Made by a program: the position numbers and the translations under genes | The notes under the pieces: generated by a model | The model's input: only the letters and a program-made list of their open reading frames with translations | Told to the model about the DNA's origin: nothing | Databases searched by the model: none | In this document: positions 29,818-42,231 of the stretch, one piece after another | How the letters are laid out: each line of letters opens with the position of its first letter | Numbering within the stretch: the first letter of the stretch is position 1 | Source of the DNA: the human T2T-CHM13v2.0 reference genome, Homo sapiens | Length of the DNA stretch: 64,000 nucleotides | Reading direction: 5' to 3' (one strand) | Assembly (NCBI RefSeq): GCF_009914755.1 | Contig: NC_060928.1

Positions 29818-30308
29818 TGTATCTGTTTACTATTGCTGTAATTGTAACCAATTACCACAAAGGTGGTGGCTTCAAACAGCACAAATTAATTATCTTACAG
29901 TTCTAGAGATCAGAGGTCTAAAATGGGTCAGTAGGGCTGTGTTCCTTTGGAAGGTTCTAGGGGAGAATTCATTTCCTTGCCTTTTTCAGCTTTTAGAGGC
30001 TGCTCTCATTCCCTGGCTTGTAGCCACACCACTCCCTTCATCACTCTGAACTTTTCTTCTTTTGTATCTCCCTTCTGACTTTAACTCTCCTGCCTGACCT
30101 TTTTTATGTATAAGAGCCCTTATGAATATACTGAATCCACATAGACAATCCAGGAGAATCTCTCCATCTCTGTATCCTTAGCTTAACTCAATCTCATCTG
30201 CAAAGTTGTTTTGTTTTGTTTTGTTTGCTGTGGAATGAAATATATGCACAGGTTCTCAGGATTAGCATGTGGACTTTTTTGGGAAGGTCATTATTCTGCC
30301 TACTATAT
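29818..30308 (-). mobile_element. MLT1D-like MaLR LTR
   Basis: attaccacaaaggtggtggcttcaaacagcacaaattaattatcttacagttctagag...catctgcaaag...cattattctgcctactata. Confidence 0.85.
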
Positions 30309-32037
30309 CCACACCAGCTACTAGATGGGTATTATCAACATTTCTACTTTCAAGGTTAAAATATATAATAATAAAAATATGACTCAGAAAAAGTAGGAAG
30401 CTCTCCAAAGGTCACACATATGTAAGGATTCAAACCACATTCTGTTCAACTCTGCACCATATGTTCTTTCTGTAGAATATACATGAAGATACTCAGAAAA
30501 TGTTGCCTCTAATCCAAAAGGATTGGGTTGAATCATCTTTGAAATTCACCTTCTGTCTGATACTCTATGATTCTCTATTCAGGGGGGAAAAAAAAAGTCT
30601 TCATTATAGCCAGTCTTAACCATGATTATTCCTTCTCCTCTGGCTCTAGACTCTAAATCGAAGAGTCCTAAGGCATCACTAGAATGGAAGAGAACGATGG
30701 GAGTGAGCTTTTCCTAGGCAAGAACTTTGAGAAATGCATGACAAACCCTGCTCCTGCATATACTACCTTGGAATAATAAATACAAAATCTGCTTAAGATC
30801 CTGAACTATTTCCCATTGGGCTTCTCTCCTGGAAGCCCAACCACCAAAATCAATGACAATCATGTTGGCATTTTGCTAATTGAACCAAACAGGAGGTAAC
30901 TGGTCTTGAAAACCTATAATGAAGTAATTAGTTACTCTATCAGTAAACGGAAATAATAGTCATAGATTGTTGAAGCTAGAAACAAACTTTTTGATTATAG
31001 ATGGGGACCTGAAGCCCAACATGTCTGAACCACCTGACATAGCTGTGATGGGCAGGGCTGGGACTCACAGCAGGTCTCCTAGCTGCTGGCCTAGGATTCT
31101 TTCCACAGGACCACCATTTCTGGAAGTTTGAACATGACTAGGTGGTTTCTCCTAAAAACTGGAGCATCAGGGATGAAATGACAGAGACTGTGTAGGCATC
31201 ACAGCCTTTGCCCCAGATAAGGGAAGGATTGCTGAAGAGTCTGGAATCTGTCTGCATCTGCGTTTGGGCTGGTCCTTGGGTCACATGTACTCATCCACAC
31301 ATTGTTTGATGGGCTTACCAGCTGGCTTGGCTTTCCAGGATCATTTTTTAAATTTTTCTTTTCAACTATAAAAATGCTGGGTTATGACAAACAATCATTT
31401 GGAAACCCTATGTTAAAAGTTAAAATAAAAGTAAATCATTCACCAAGATATCCACATGTTAATTACTCCTAATATTATGAAGAGTATATAGAATTTCTGG
31501 CATTTTTTCCTTCTGTGTCTACTCAACAGCTCTTTGGAGAAAAGAAACCTCCCCCATCACATAACAATACTAAAATATTTTTACGGCCTCATAATGGGCC
31601 TCACACTGTTAGCCTGGCCTCTAGTTGAGCACAGTGATTTGCTCTTTGCCTTGGCCACAGTGATCTGTTCAAGGATGGCCACGTGAATGAAGCCAAGCCA
31701 ATAGAAGACCTCTCTAGGACTTTCCTAAAGCTACTGGATACTGGAAATAATGTTCTTATTCTAAAGCATGAAGTCTCTTTACTGGGTTGACTTCAGACTC
31801 ATGTTATCATGTAGGGAAAGTCGGCCCAAATAAATCCAAGCTGAAACAAGCAGAGCCTGGATAGATATGGCGATAAAGAGAGAGAAGAAGAAAGGAAGAG
31901 GGTGGGGGGAAGAAAAAGGAGGGAGAAGAGGGGGAAGAAAAAGGAGGGAGAAGGAGGGGAAGAATATCACTACATCATTCTATTTGGATGACTAAACTTA
32001 AATATATGTAAAGCCAGCTCTTCCTAGTAGATTTTCT

Positions 32038-32757
32038 ATTTATTTATTTTATTTATTTATTTTTTTTTTAATTTTTTTTTTTTTATTATACTTTAAGTTT
32101 TAGGGTACATGTGCACATTGTGCAGGTTAGTTACATATGTATACATGTGCCATGCTGGTGCGCTGCACCCACTAACGTGTCATCTAGCATTAGGTATATC
32201 TCCCAATGCTATCCCTCCCCCCTCCCCCGACCCCACCACAGTCCCCAGAGTGTGATATTCCCCTTCCTGTGTCCATGTGATCTCATTGTTCAATTCCCAC
32301 CTATGCGTGAGAATATGCGGTGTTTGGTTTTTTGTTCTTGCGATAGTTTACTGAGAATGATGGTTTCCAATTTCATCCATGTCCCTACAAAGGACATGAA
32401 CTCATCATTTTTTATGGCTGCATAGTATTCCATGGTATTTTATTTATTTATTTATTTATTCATTCATTTTTTTGACAGAGTCTCGCTCTGTTGCTCAGGC
32501 TGGAGTGTAGTGGCACAATCTCGGCTTACTGCAAATTCCGCCTTCCAGATTCGAGCAATTCTCCTGCCGCAACCTCCTGAGTACTGGGATTACAGGCACC
32601 TACCACCACGCCCAGAAATATATATATAAATATTTTTTAGTAGAGACAGGATTTCGCCATGTTGGCCAGACTTGTCTCAAACTCCTGACCTCAAGTTATC
32701 TGCCTCCCTTGGCCTCCCAAAGTGCTGGGATTCCAGCTGTGAGCCGCTGAGCCAGGC
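32038..32757 (-). mobile_element. AluS whose (TAAA)n tail is interrupted by an L1
   Basis: Alu body 32474-32757; tail pieces on both sides of the L1; probable TSD agattttct (32029-32037) / agagtttct (32758-32766). Confidence 0.92.
32063..32436 (-). mobile_element. Young 5'-truncated L1, L1HS-lineage (ACG diagnostic)
   Basis: Minus strand reads CTAGATGACACGTTAGTGGG; long polyA; 18-bp TSD tattttatttatttattt at 32045-32062 and 32436-32453. Confidence 0.92.
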
Positions 32758-33654
32758 AGAGTTTCTCATTCTTATGAGACAATAAATTGTCTTCTTGATT
32801 AAGTCAGTTTGCATATTTGTGACTTACAATTGAAAGAACACTGATTGATACCAAAATCAGTATCCAGTTGGTGTATCGCAGGTGGCAGATGCTAATATGT
32901 GAAATTGGCTGAGTTGAGGGAGGTTGTGAAGTGGTGAGAGGGCAAGAGTGCCCCAGCTCTGATGCAGAGATTGAAAGTCCTGTGCTAATGTGGACTTTAT
33001 TTTATCTTGTCACTTCATGCTATACATATGAGTTTGTGCCATGCTTTTTTTTTCACCTACCACAATTATGGAGATAATGGCAAAGGTTTCTATTAATTGA
33101 ACATTGAGCATTGTGTGCTGTGCATTATCCATGCATTCTCTCATTTTATCACCCCTGCCCTTTCTATTAGATGTGTGCTATGATAATCAACACTCATAAT
33201 TATAAAGAAGTTAGAAAACTTGCTTAAGTTCCAACAGCTTAAAAGAATTCAAATGGTATAGTTCTAATCCAGAACAAGAGTTCTTATCTACTGGTATTTC
33301 TTCATAACCTTGTTTCTCTGGATTATTTATTCCTTGTAAACCTTTTTAACAGCAAAACACTGTCCCAGTGGAAACATTTAACAATTATTTCTCTCTTTTG
33401 AGTTGGGAAATAGAAGATTAAGAGATGATAAGACGTGGATCAAGGCTTCAAAGACAAGGGTTGGATCTTGGTGACAAAAAAGTACATCTTCCTAAAAGTC
33501 TTCATGGGGAATTCCCCCCATGCTCCTTCCAACTGGGTCCTGGTAATTTGTACCAATTTTCTTCATACTCATTCCCATTGAACCTGCACAAATAACGAAA
33601 TGAGTTGTAACGGGAAAAGGGGTCTTCTATGGCTGGAGGTAGGGACGGGGTTTA

Positions 33655-34345
33655 GCCACTCAATAAAGTATGTTAATGCCTCCTGTATGTGGTTGGGGCT
33701 CTAGCACTGACCCAAGCCACAAAAACCCTCATCCTTATAAAGCTTACATTTTCACTCTAGTTCAAGTCACTCTTTTATCTCTTAATTTGAACCCCTGCTT
33801 CTACATTTGCCCTCCCATAGTCACTTCTCATACACAGACCAGAGGGGTCCTCTGGGCAAGCCTTTAGTGAGGAGGTGACATTTGAGTGGACACAAGGCTA
33901 TGAGGGGCTAAGCCATGTCAGTGTGTAGGGAAAGAGCATTCCATAAATGTGTTCTGGCAAACATAAAGTCTCTGAGGTGAGGGACTGTCCTGTTTCTGAG
34001 GAAGAACCAGGAGCCCAGTATGGCAGGAGTAGAGCAGGTGAGGAGGACAATATTAGGAGGGGAAGACAAAGAGAAGAGGTGGCCGAGGGCAGATTCTGTG
34101 AGTTACTGCATGCCCTGGGAGTGCTTCAGCATTTGAGCTGAGGAGTGGAATTCCAACTTAGAGTTTAAGAGGACCCCTCTGGTCCATGTATGAGAAGTGA
34201 CTATGAGAGGACAAGTGTAGAAGCAGGGAGTTCAATTAAGAGATAAAAGAGTAACTTGAACTAGAGTGATAATGTAGATGTGTTGAGAAGTAATCAGATC
34301 CCAGATGTGGGGAATGCAGACCAGAAATGATTTGCTGACCCATAG
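33655..34345 (-). mobile_element. L2 remnant
   Basis: gtgaggaggtgacatttgagtgga...agccatg...gggaaagagcattcca L2 motifs. Confidence 0.8.
33745..34276. repeat. Inverted repeat, 109-bp arms (33745-33853 and 34168-34276), 314-bp spacer
   Basis: Arms are reverse complements with 7 substitutions and 2 one-base indels by hand count; the peptide TLVQVTLLSLN appears on both strands in the ORF track. Confidence 0.95.
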
Positions 34346-34931
34346 AATGTGGGGACAGAGAGCCAAGAATGGCCCTGGTGTATAAACAAAAGCATCTTTG
34401 TTTGCCCCTGCATGGTTAAGGTTGATGTGGACCATGTCCATGGCCTCCGTCTTCTCTGGAAACTGGAGGCTGGTGGCTGCAGGTGGTCCATGCCCTTCCC
34501 CTGCTAAAGTCATTTGATGAAAAGGAAGGTGATTTAAAGATATAGCCCTAGTAATTCGCTTTTCCAATACGTAATTGGTATTTTAGAGCATCATAAAGTT
34601 ATTGGTCTCTAAAACTGTGCCTTTCTCAGAATGTTTTAGGTGAGTTCTACTTTTCTGCCAGTCCACTTTTAAATCTTGTTTTGTCAATTATTTCTCTTCT
34701 GTATACTTTACGTTGAGAAACATTGGAAAAATCTAAGTCACAAATAATTATTTAGATGATGACATAAATTATGGAAGATAACAAAAGAGTGTCTATATTA
34801 AATCTTTTTGGTATAGTAAAATAAGAATATGTAGAGAGACATCTGGGAAGATCTTAGGTATACACAATGGTTTTAACAAATGTCAAGGTGCGAGAGATTA
34901 TGAATATTCTGTTTGATTTTTCTTTAATGAG

Positions 34932-35240
34932 AGATATGGTTTGGCTGTGTCCCCACCCAAAATCTCATCTGGAATTGTAATCCCCATAATCCTCACATGT
35001 CAAAGGAGAGACTAGGTGGAGGTAACTGAATCATGAGGGTGGTTCCCCCAGGCTGTTTTTGTGATAGTGAGTGAGTTCTCACAAGATCTGATGGTTTTAT
35101 GAGTGTTTAGTAGTTCCTCCTGCATTCATTCTCCTTCCTGCAGCTTTGTGAAAAAGATGTCTGCTTCCCCTTTGCCTTCCACCATGATTGTAAGTCTCCT
35201 GAGGCCTCCCCAGCTATACTAACCTGTGAGTCAGTTAAAA
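34932..35240 (+). mobile_element. THE1D-like LTR, 3'-truncated
   Basis: gatatggtttggctgtgtccccacccaaaatctcatc...; stops at gtgagtcagttaaaa and lacks the ...ctaataca terminus. Confidence 0.92.
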
Positions 35241-35243
35241 CAT

Positions 35244-35622
35244 GTGGCCCCAAACTAGTTCACACCAGTTCTCATGCAACAGCCCCTCACAAGTCCACCT
35301 GCTTTCATGGTGCTCTAATTGTTTATAATGCAAGTTGTTTACAAATTTGATCATGGCCCTCCTGACTTGCATCTTCCAATGACTTCTAATTACTCATTAG
35401 ATTGACAAATGGGAATTTCAAGTTGTTCAAGAGTAATTTGGAGAGATAATAACAATCACCATTATTGAGTGGCAACACTATGGCAACTAGCATGAGTGGG
35501 TGCTTTAGGGACATTATTTTTTCCTCACAACAGCCTTATGAGGGAGGAACTTTTATCATTAGCACTGTTCAGATAAAGAGATTCAGCCCATCAATCAGCG
35601 AGTTGATAAAGAAGTCATAGAA

Positions 35623-35692
<70 letters not shown>

Positions 35693-37090
35693 AACAGAGA
35701 GATTATATTTTAATTGGTTGTAAAGTTTCACCCTTCAATCTATTACCCCAACTACAATGGGAGCTCTTGCAGCCAGGACATGGCCTATGTACTTTTCCTC
35801 TTTAGAACCTGAGACAGTTCCTCTTATAGAGACATATTTATTAAATGGTACATGAATGAGTGCTTTGATATATTTATAGACATTACATAAGATCAGCCTC
35901 ACTCAGGTGTATACGTGTTTTCTCGCTTGTTTTTATGTAAAAGAAAAAGCAAGTTATAGCAGCAGGGTAAAAATACTCATGTTAACATCTTTTCAGTTCT
36001 ATAAATGGGTCAGATTTTGCTTTTCTCTGAGCAGTTGCCAATAGTAATAAAAATGCTTAGAGTTGGTCTTCCAATTCTCTCATATAGTATATAATATTAT
36101 ATCCACTAGAGGGTAATAGCTTCTATTTATAACTCTAAAATGTATTTAACATTTTCTGTTATAGTGATGACAGCTTTAATATTAATACTCTCTTAATGGG
36201 AAGGAAGGAAGAAAGAAAGGAGGGAAGGAAGAAAGAAAGGAGGGAAGGAGGGAATGATGGAAAGAAGAAAGAAAAAATGACAGAAGGAAAGCTTAGTAAA
36301 TTCTTAGGACAAAAAAAGTCCCTGGGCCCATAAATATTTATTTATTGAGGTCAACTTTAGAATGTTTATCTTTTCTCTTAAATTTTATCATTCATCTAAA
36401 CTTGTGTTTTGTCCTACTATTTTCAACTAACTAGCCCTCCAACTCCTTTTATTTTCAAAGCAGATGATCTCACATCCTATCTCATAAACACCTAAAATTT
36501 AATCTCATTACCTTCAAATTTATTAGGGACTTGTCTCATCAATTATTTGTCCCCTTTTCCAATATATTTTCCAATCTCCTTTCAACTAATTTCTATTCAT
36601 CAAGAGGTAAATATTCCAGCTTTGCCCAATTAAAACAAAAGGCTTTTATTGCTCCATATTACCTTCCAGCTCCTGCTGTGTCTACCGATTACCTATCTCT
36701 TTATATTCAAAGTCTTAAAATAATTTTCTACTTTAACTGTCTCCTACTCATTACCTGGTCCACCTCATGTCACTAAGTCAGACACAGCCACATATGAATG
36801 CATTTTGAAATCAACGGACATCCCAGTCTTACTTTCCTAATGATTCAGTACTTTACCTATGTACATCTGTATCTGCAGAACAAGGTCTCCTCAGAGGAGC
36901 ACATCTTTGGAATGGTTCCATCTCCATGAAAGTGGTCCCAAACTATGTCACACCAGGTCTCACACAACAGCCCCTCACAAGTCTACCTGCTTTCATGGTA
37001 CTCTAATTGTTTATAATGCAATTTGTTTACAGGTTTGATCACGGCCCTCCTGACTTGCATCTTCCAACGACTTCCAATTACTCATTAGAT
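35244..37090 (+). repeat. Dispersed direct repeat, 159 bp (35244-35402 and 36932-37090)
   Basis: Ungapped alignment with 14 mismatches by hand count. Confidence 0.96.
35626..35691 (+). repeat. Compound (TA)n(GA)n microsatellite
   Basis: Seen directly. Confidence 0.97.
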
Positions 37091-37582
37091 AAATTCTAAA
37101 AGTCCCTGATGCAATATAAAATGCCCTCTAAGTTTTATCCCTGTGTGCTTCTGGAGCCCTTCTCCCAGCATCAAATCCAGTCATAATAAACTTCTTTCAG
37201 GTTCTCAAAACGTTAAGCTCTCACCCAACTCCAAATCTCACTGTGCTTCTACTTTTGCCTGGAACCCTATCTTCCATCACTCATCTCTGTCTAATGAACT
37301 CTTACTAGATATTTAGGTCTGCTTTAATGTCACGTTTCTAGGAGCCTTGTCTGAATTTCTAAGCTATCAAAAGTGTCGCTGCTTATATGGTCCCAAAGCA
37401 TATCATTCTTCCTCTATAATAATACTTACTATGCTTCACTGAAATTTCACATTTAGTCAATTGTTTCTGCAGCTAGGCTTTAAGAGAAAAGAGTCTTGAT
37501 TACTGTTATAACCCCAGAATAAATTAGAGAGACCCACAAATTGTGGATTTAAAAAAGTATTTATAGAATGAATAAATAAATG
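36380..37582 (+). mobile_element. L2 remnant
   Basis: ctttttgcctggaaccct-like, ctaatgaactcttactaga...tttaggtctgctttaatgtcac motifs and gaatgaataaataaatgg tail. Confidence 0.7.
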
Positions 37583-38722
37583 GACAGATACTCATCAATT
37601 GGCTGAACCACTCACTATTTTAGGTGGTTGGTACAAGTGAGTGAAGGTCAGGAGCTCTTGACTAGAGTAGCAGCAATTTTACTTAGATTTACATTTATTA
37701 TTGAACATGGGTCATACTCTCTAATATCTGTGCTAAATAGTAGCTGTTGTTGAATATTAATAATCTCTATTATCACTGTGAAGTCTGCAATAGGCTTTAA
37801 AATAATGCACACAGACATATAAATCTATGAATATATTTCTCACTTTCCTTCAAAGGGGCCCATTGTAATTTGCGTACTCTACATCAGGATTCTTTTTGTC
37901 CAGTGTTCCTCAGCTTTAAACCAACTTCTTAGTTTCCTGATCATTTAATGTTATTTCCTCTATCAGCAACATTGCAACTTTCCATCAGCTTTTCTCTCTT
38001 CAGAAGGCCTTCCTCTTACTAATTTTATCAGGTTTTTCTCCACTTCCAGATTTTATCCAACTGAAACATCTTCACTTCTCTATAGAGCTCCTTGAAATTG
38101 ACATCTTTTTTTTTCAATTTGCCTTCTAGTCTAGCATAGTATTCAGAGCAGATAAGAATCTCAGGAAAATAAATGAATTAAATAAAATAATGAATGGATA
38201 GATATATGAAAAGACAGATGGTTGGGTAAAACAATAAATGAATGAAATGAATGAGTAAAATGAATGGATCTATCCCTCATAAATCTAAGTTTTGTGGAAG
38301 ACGAGGGCACATACATCTGGCCTTATCTCACAATGTACAAGTAACCCAATAACAAGAATCACAATAGGCTAAAGAACTTCTCATAAGTCCACATGAGGGG
38401 TCTTCGTTCCACACTGACATATATTGCTTCTGCTTGAGAACATCAACAGCAAATACCATTGAGGAAATACAGCCTTCTCTCATAAAAATCTCATATAAAG
38501 GCAGGTACTGTTAGAATATAACTGAAGTGTTTTATTGTTATTGTCATTGCTTAAAGCATTGGATACATAACTATCTCTAACTCCATTCCATACTAAGACA
38601 GAGATGTTGCATCTCAAACATCTTTTCCTTGGGAAAAAAATAATCCAATAAAACCTCATACTTCTCCAAAACACAATGCTCTGGAAGCTTTGTCTAATAG
38701 AAGTTGTCCATTAGTGGACATC

Positions 38723-41036
38723 TGATATGGTTTGGCTGTGTCCCAACCCAAATCTCATCTTGAATTAGTTCCCATGATCCCCACATGTCATGGGAGGGAC
38801 CTGGTGGGAGGTAATTGAATCATGGAGGCAGTTGCCCTCATGCTGTTCTCATGATAGTGAGTGAGTTCTCATGAGATCTGATGGTTTTATAAAGGACTTT
38901 TCCCCCTATTGCTCAGCACTTCTCCTTCCTACCATCATGTGAAGAAGGATTTATTGCCTTCCCCTTCTACCATGATTGTAGGTTTCCTGAGGCCTCCCCA
39001 GCCCTGTGGAATTTTGAGTCAATTAAACTTCTTTATGTTTTAAATAAATTACCCAGTCTCAGATATTTCTTCATAGCAGCATGAGAACAGGCTAATACAG
39101 AAAATTGGTACCACAGAGAGTGGGGTGCTGCAATAAGAATACCCGAAAATGTGGAAGCAACTTTGGAACTGGGAAACAGGCAGAGGTTTTAACAGTTTGG
39201 AGGTCTCAGAAGATGACAGGAAAATGTGGGAAAGTTTGAAACTTCCTAGAGACTTGGGGGGCTTAGAAGAAAGGAAGATGTGGGAAAGTTTGTAACTTCC
39301 TAGAGACTTGTGGAATGGTTTGACCAAAATGTTGATAGCGATATGGACAATGAAGTCCAGGCAAAGGTGGTCTCAGATGAAGATGAGGACCTTGTTGGGA
39401 ACTGGAGCAAAGTTGACTCTTCTTAATTCTTTAGCAAAGGGACTGGAAGCTTTTTGTCTCTGCCTTAGAAATCTGTGGAACTTTGAACTTGAGGGAGATG
39501 ATTTAGGGTGTCTTGTAGAAGAAATTTGCAAGCAACAAAGCATTCAAGAGATGACAGAGCATAAAAGTTTGGAAAATTTGCAGCCTGACAATGTAGTAGG
39601 AAAAAAACACATTTTCTGGGGAGAAATTCAAGCTTGCTGCAGAAATTTGTATAAGTAATTAGTAGCCAAATGCTAATCACCAAGACAATAGGGAAAATGT
39701 CTCCAGGGCATAAGAGACCTTCCCAGCAACATTTCCCATCACAAGCCTGGAGGCCTAGGAGGGAAAAATGGTTTCCTGGGCTGGGCCCAGGGCTCCTTGT
39801 TGTGTGCAGCCTAGGGATTTGATGCCCTGCATCCCAGCTATTCCAACTGTGGCTAAAAGGGGCCAAGGAGAAGCTCAGGCCATTGCTTCAGATGGTGCAA
39901 ACCCCAAGCCTTGGCAACTTCCACATGGTTTGGGGCCTGTGGGTTCACAGAATACAAGAAATGAGATTTGTAAATCTTCATCTAGATTTCAGAGGATGTA
40001 TGCAAATGCCTGAATGTCCTGGCAGAAGTCTGCTGCAGTGGCAGAGCCCTCATGGAGAACCTCTGCAAGGGCAGTGCAGAAGGGAAATGTAGGGTTGGAG
40101 CCCCCACACAGAGTTCCCACTGGGGCACTGCCTAGTGGAGCTGTGAGAAGAAGGCCACTGTCTTCCAGAACCCAGAATTGTTGATCCACTGACAGTTTGC
40201 ACCACAGACACTCAATGCCAGCCTGGAAAGCAGCCAAGAAGGAGGCTGTACCCTGCAAAGCCACAGGTGTGATGCTGCCCAAGGCCATCAGAGCCCACCT
40301 CTTGTATCAGTGTACCCTGGATGTGAGACATAGAGTGAAAGAATATCATTTTGGAACTTTAAGGTTTAATGAATGCCCCACTGGATTTCAGACTTCCATG
40401 GGAACTGTAGCCCCTTTGTTTCGGCCATTTTCTCCCATTTGGAAAGGGTATATTTACCCAATGCCCCCATTTTATCTAGGAAGTAACTAATTTGCTTTTG
40501 ATTTTACAGGCTCATAGACAGAAATGACTTGCCTTGTGTCAAATGAGACTTTGGACTTGGACTTTTGGGTTAATGCTAAGACTATGGCAGATGGTTAAAA
40601 AGGCTTGCTTGTGTTTTGAAATTTGAGGACATGAGATTTGGGAGGGGGCAGGGGTGGAATGATATGGTTTAGCTGTGTACCCACCAAAATCTCATCTTGA
40701 ATTGTAGTTCTCATAATCCCCATGTGTCATGGGAGGGACCTGGTGGGAGGTAATCCAATTATGGGGGTGATTACCCCCATACTGTTCTGGAGATACTGAG
40801 TGAGTTCTCATGAGATCCAATGGTTCTATAAGGGGCTTTTTCCCCTTTGCTCATCACTTCTCCTTCCTGCTATCCTGCGAAGAAGGTGACTTTCTTCCCC
40901 TTTGCCTTCCACCATGACTGTAAGTTTCCTGAGGCCTCCCAGACATGTGGAACTGTGAATCAATTAAAACTCTTTTCTTCATAAATTTCCCAGTCTTGGG
41001 TATTACTTCATAGAAGCATGAAAATGAACTAACACA
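38723..41036 (+). mobile_element. Complete THE1 (C/D-like) MaLR provirus: 5' LTR 38723-39099, internal 39100-40659, 3' LTR 40660-41036
   Basis: Two direct LTRs tgatatggttt...taa(t/c)aca; internal begins gaaaattggtacc; polypurine tract 40641-40659; perfect TSD acatc at 38718-38722 and 41037-41041. Confidence 0.96.
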
Positions 41037-41179
41037 ACATCTAACAACTGAAAATAGAACACCTCTCTACTATGTCAGAATTTGGACTTGACAACCTTTA
41101 AGATTATTCCAAATTTGAAGATTCTGTAATTCATTGCAAGCTCTGAAAAGGGCAATAGGAGAATTGAGTCTGAGAGAGG

Positions 41180-41620
41180 TGCCAGACAGGATGCAATCAG
41201 AAAAACAGAAACCATGCTAGGTATTTTAACAGAGAAAGCTTATTATTAGATCTGAGTTAAGTAAATGCTACTCAACTGAAAAAGCAAACAGGTAACCTGA
41301 AGATAACCCAGACTGCAACTGCAGAAAGCAGCTGTCATTCTTAGGGTTAGGGGGAACCGTCTGTTACTGTTATGGGAGTAAAGATCTATAGCTGAAACCA
41401 CACTGAAAGGAATTACAGGCAAATAGAAAGAGTTAATCCCTTCTGTCCTGTTCTGCCTTCAAGTCTTGCTCTAACACTCTTTATCAGCAGATCCTAACAG
41501 CTGGCATACCAGAAATAGAGTTTGCAGGTTCCAAGCACCAGCATTAAGAGGACAAATATTGAAGGATGGATTTGATGCTGAGAGATTGAGAGATGATAGC
41601 TTAGTAAGTGACAAATATAG
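41180..41620. mobile_element. Old ERVL-type LTR remnant
   Basis: caggatgcaatcagaaaaacagaaaccatgctaggtattttaacagag resembles ERVL LTR termini; family uncertain. Confidence 0.4.
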
Positions 41621-42231
41621 GAATCTTGCTGGCTAAAAATTTAGATGCTTAGAATTGTATATGGGAGCACAAAATATTCTTTAGTAATGCTGGGATACAG
41701 CAGTAGAACAGCTGAATAAGCAAAATGCAAATGGGAGATCTGGAAAGAAAAGTTAACCTTATATCATTGGAATGGTTTTGGTAGCCAGTAGAAAGAAACC
41801 CAAGTGGAAAATACCAGATTTTTGGAAATTAAAATGTTCATATGATTTAAGCTGTGTGTCTATATAAAAAAGCAATCTGCATAAAAGAGAGTAGGGCAGA
41901 ATCTTGTTCTTTTCCTAGTGAGACAAAACAGATTTAAACCCCTTAGGAGCACAAATAGAATATTGGTTAAGGGCTGGGTCCCTGCAGCCAGGAAAACTTG
42001 GTGTTAAATGCTATTGCTGACTAGCCCTGCCACCTTGCACTTGTCTGTGTTTCCTGATCATTAATGTTGAGACACAAAACTACCTTCTTTTAGTTCCAGT
42101 GAAACAGGATAATTTTGAGGAGTAAATAAAATATGCTCTTAAAATGCTTAATAAGCACACTTAGCGCATAGCATCAATGCATGGGAGCCATTACCTCACC
42201 CCGTCCTACCTTCATCTGGTCCTTCCTATAT

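Larger units (their letters stand above)
31540..32851 (+). mobile_element. Old MLT1 (J/K-like) LTR hosting an Alu and an L1
   Basis: ttggccacagtgatctgttcaaggatggccacgtg...gccaatag on the left; aataaattgtcttcttgattaagtcagtttg...gtgacttacaattgaaagaacactgattgata on the right. Confidence 0.6.

Noticed and set aside
21980-37090. Reading the dispersed repeats as LTRs/TIRs of a new transposon or as a CRISPR-like array
   Set aside because: Each repeat has only two copies, with no TG..CA termini, TSDs, regular spacing or associated ORFs, and the context is eukaryotic
39215-39310. Tandem repeat of ggaa(a/g)atgtgggaaagtttg..acttcctagagacttg in the THE1 internal region
   Set aside because: As I recall this occurs in many THE1-int copies, so it is probably inherited from the element rather than locus-specific
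39308-40490. ORFs in the THE1 internal region
   Set aside because: Fragmented remnants of the MaLR internal ORF with no long intact frame
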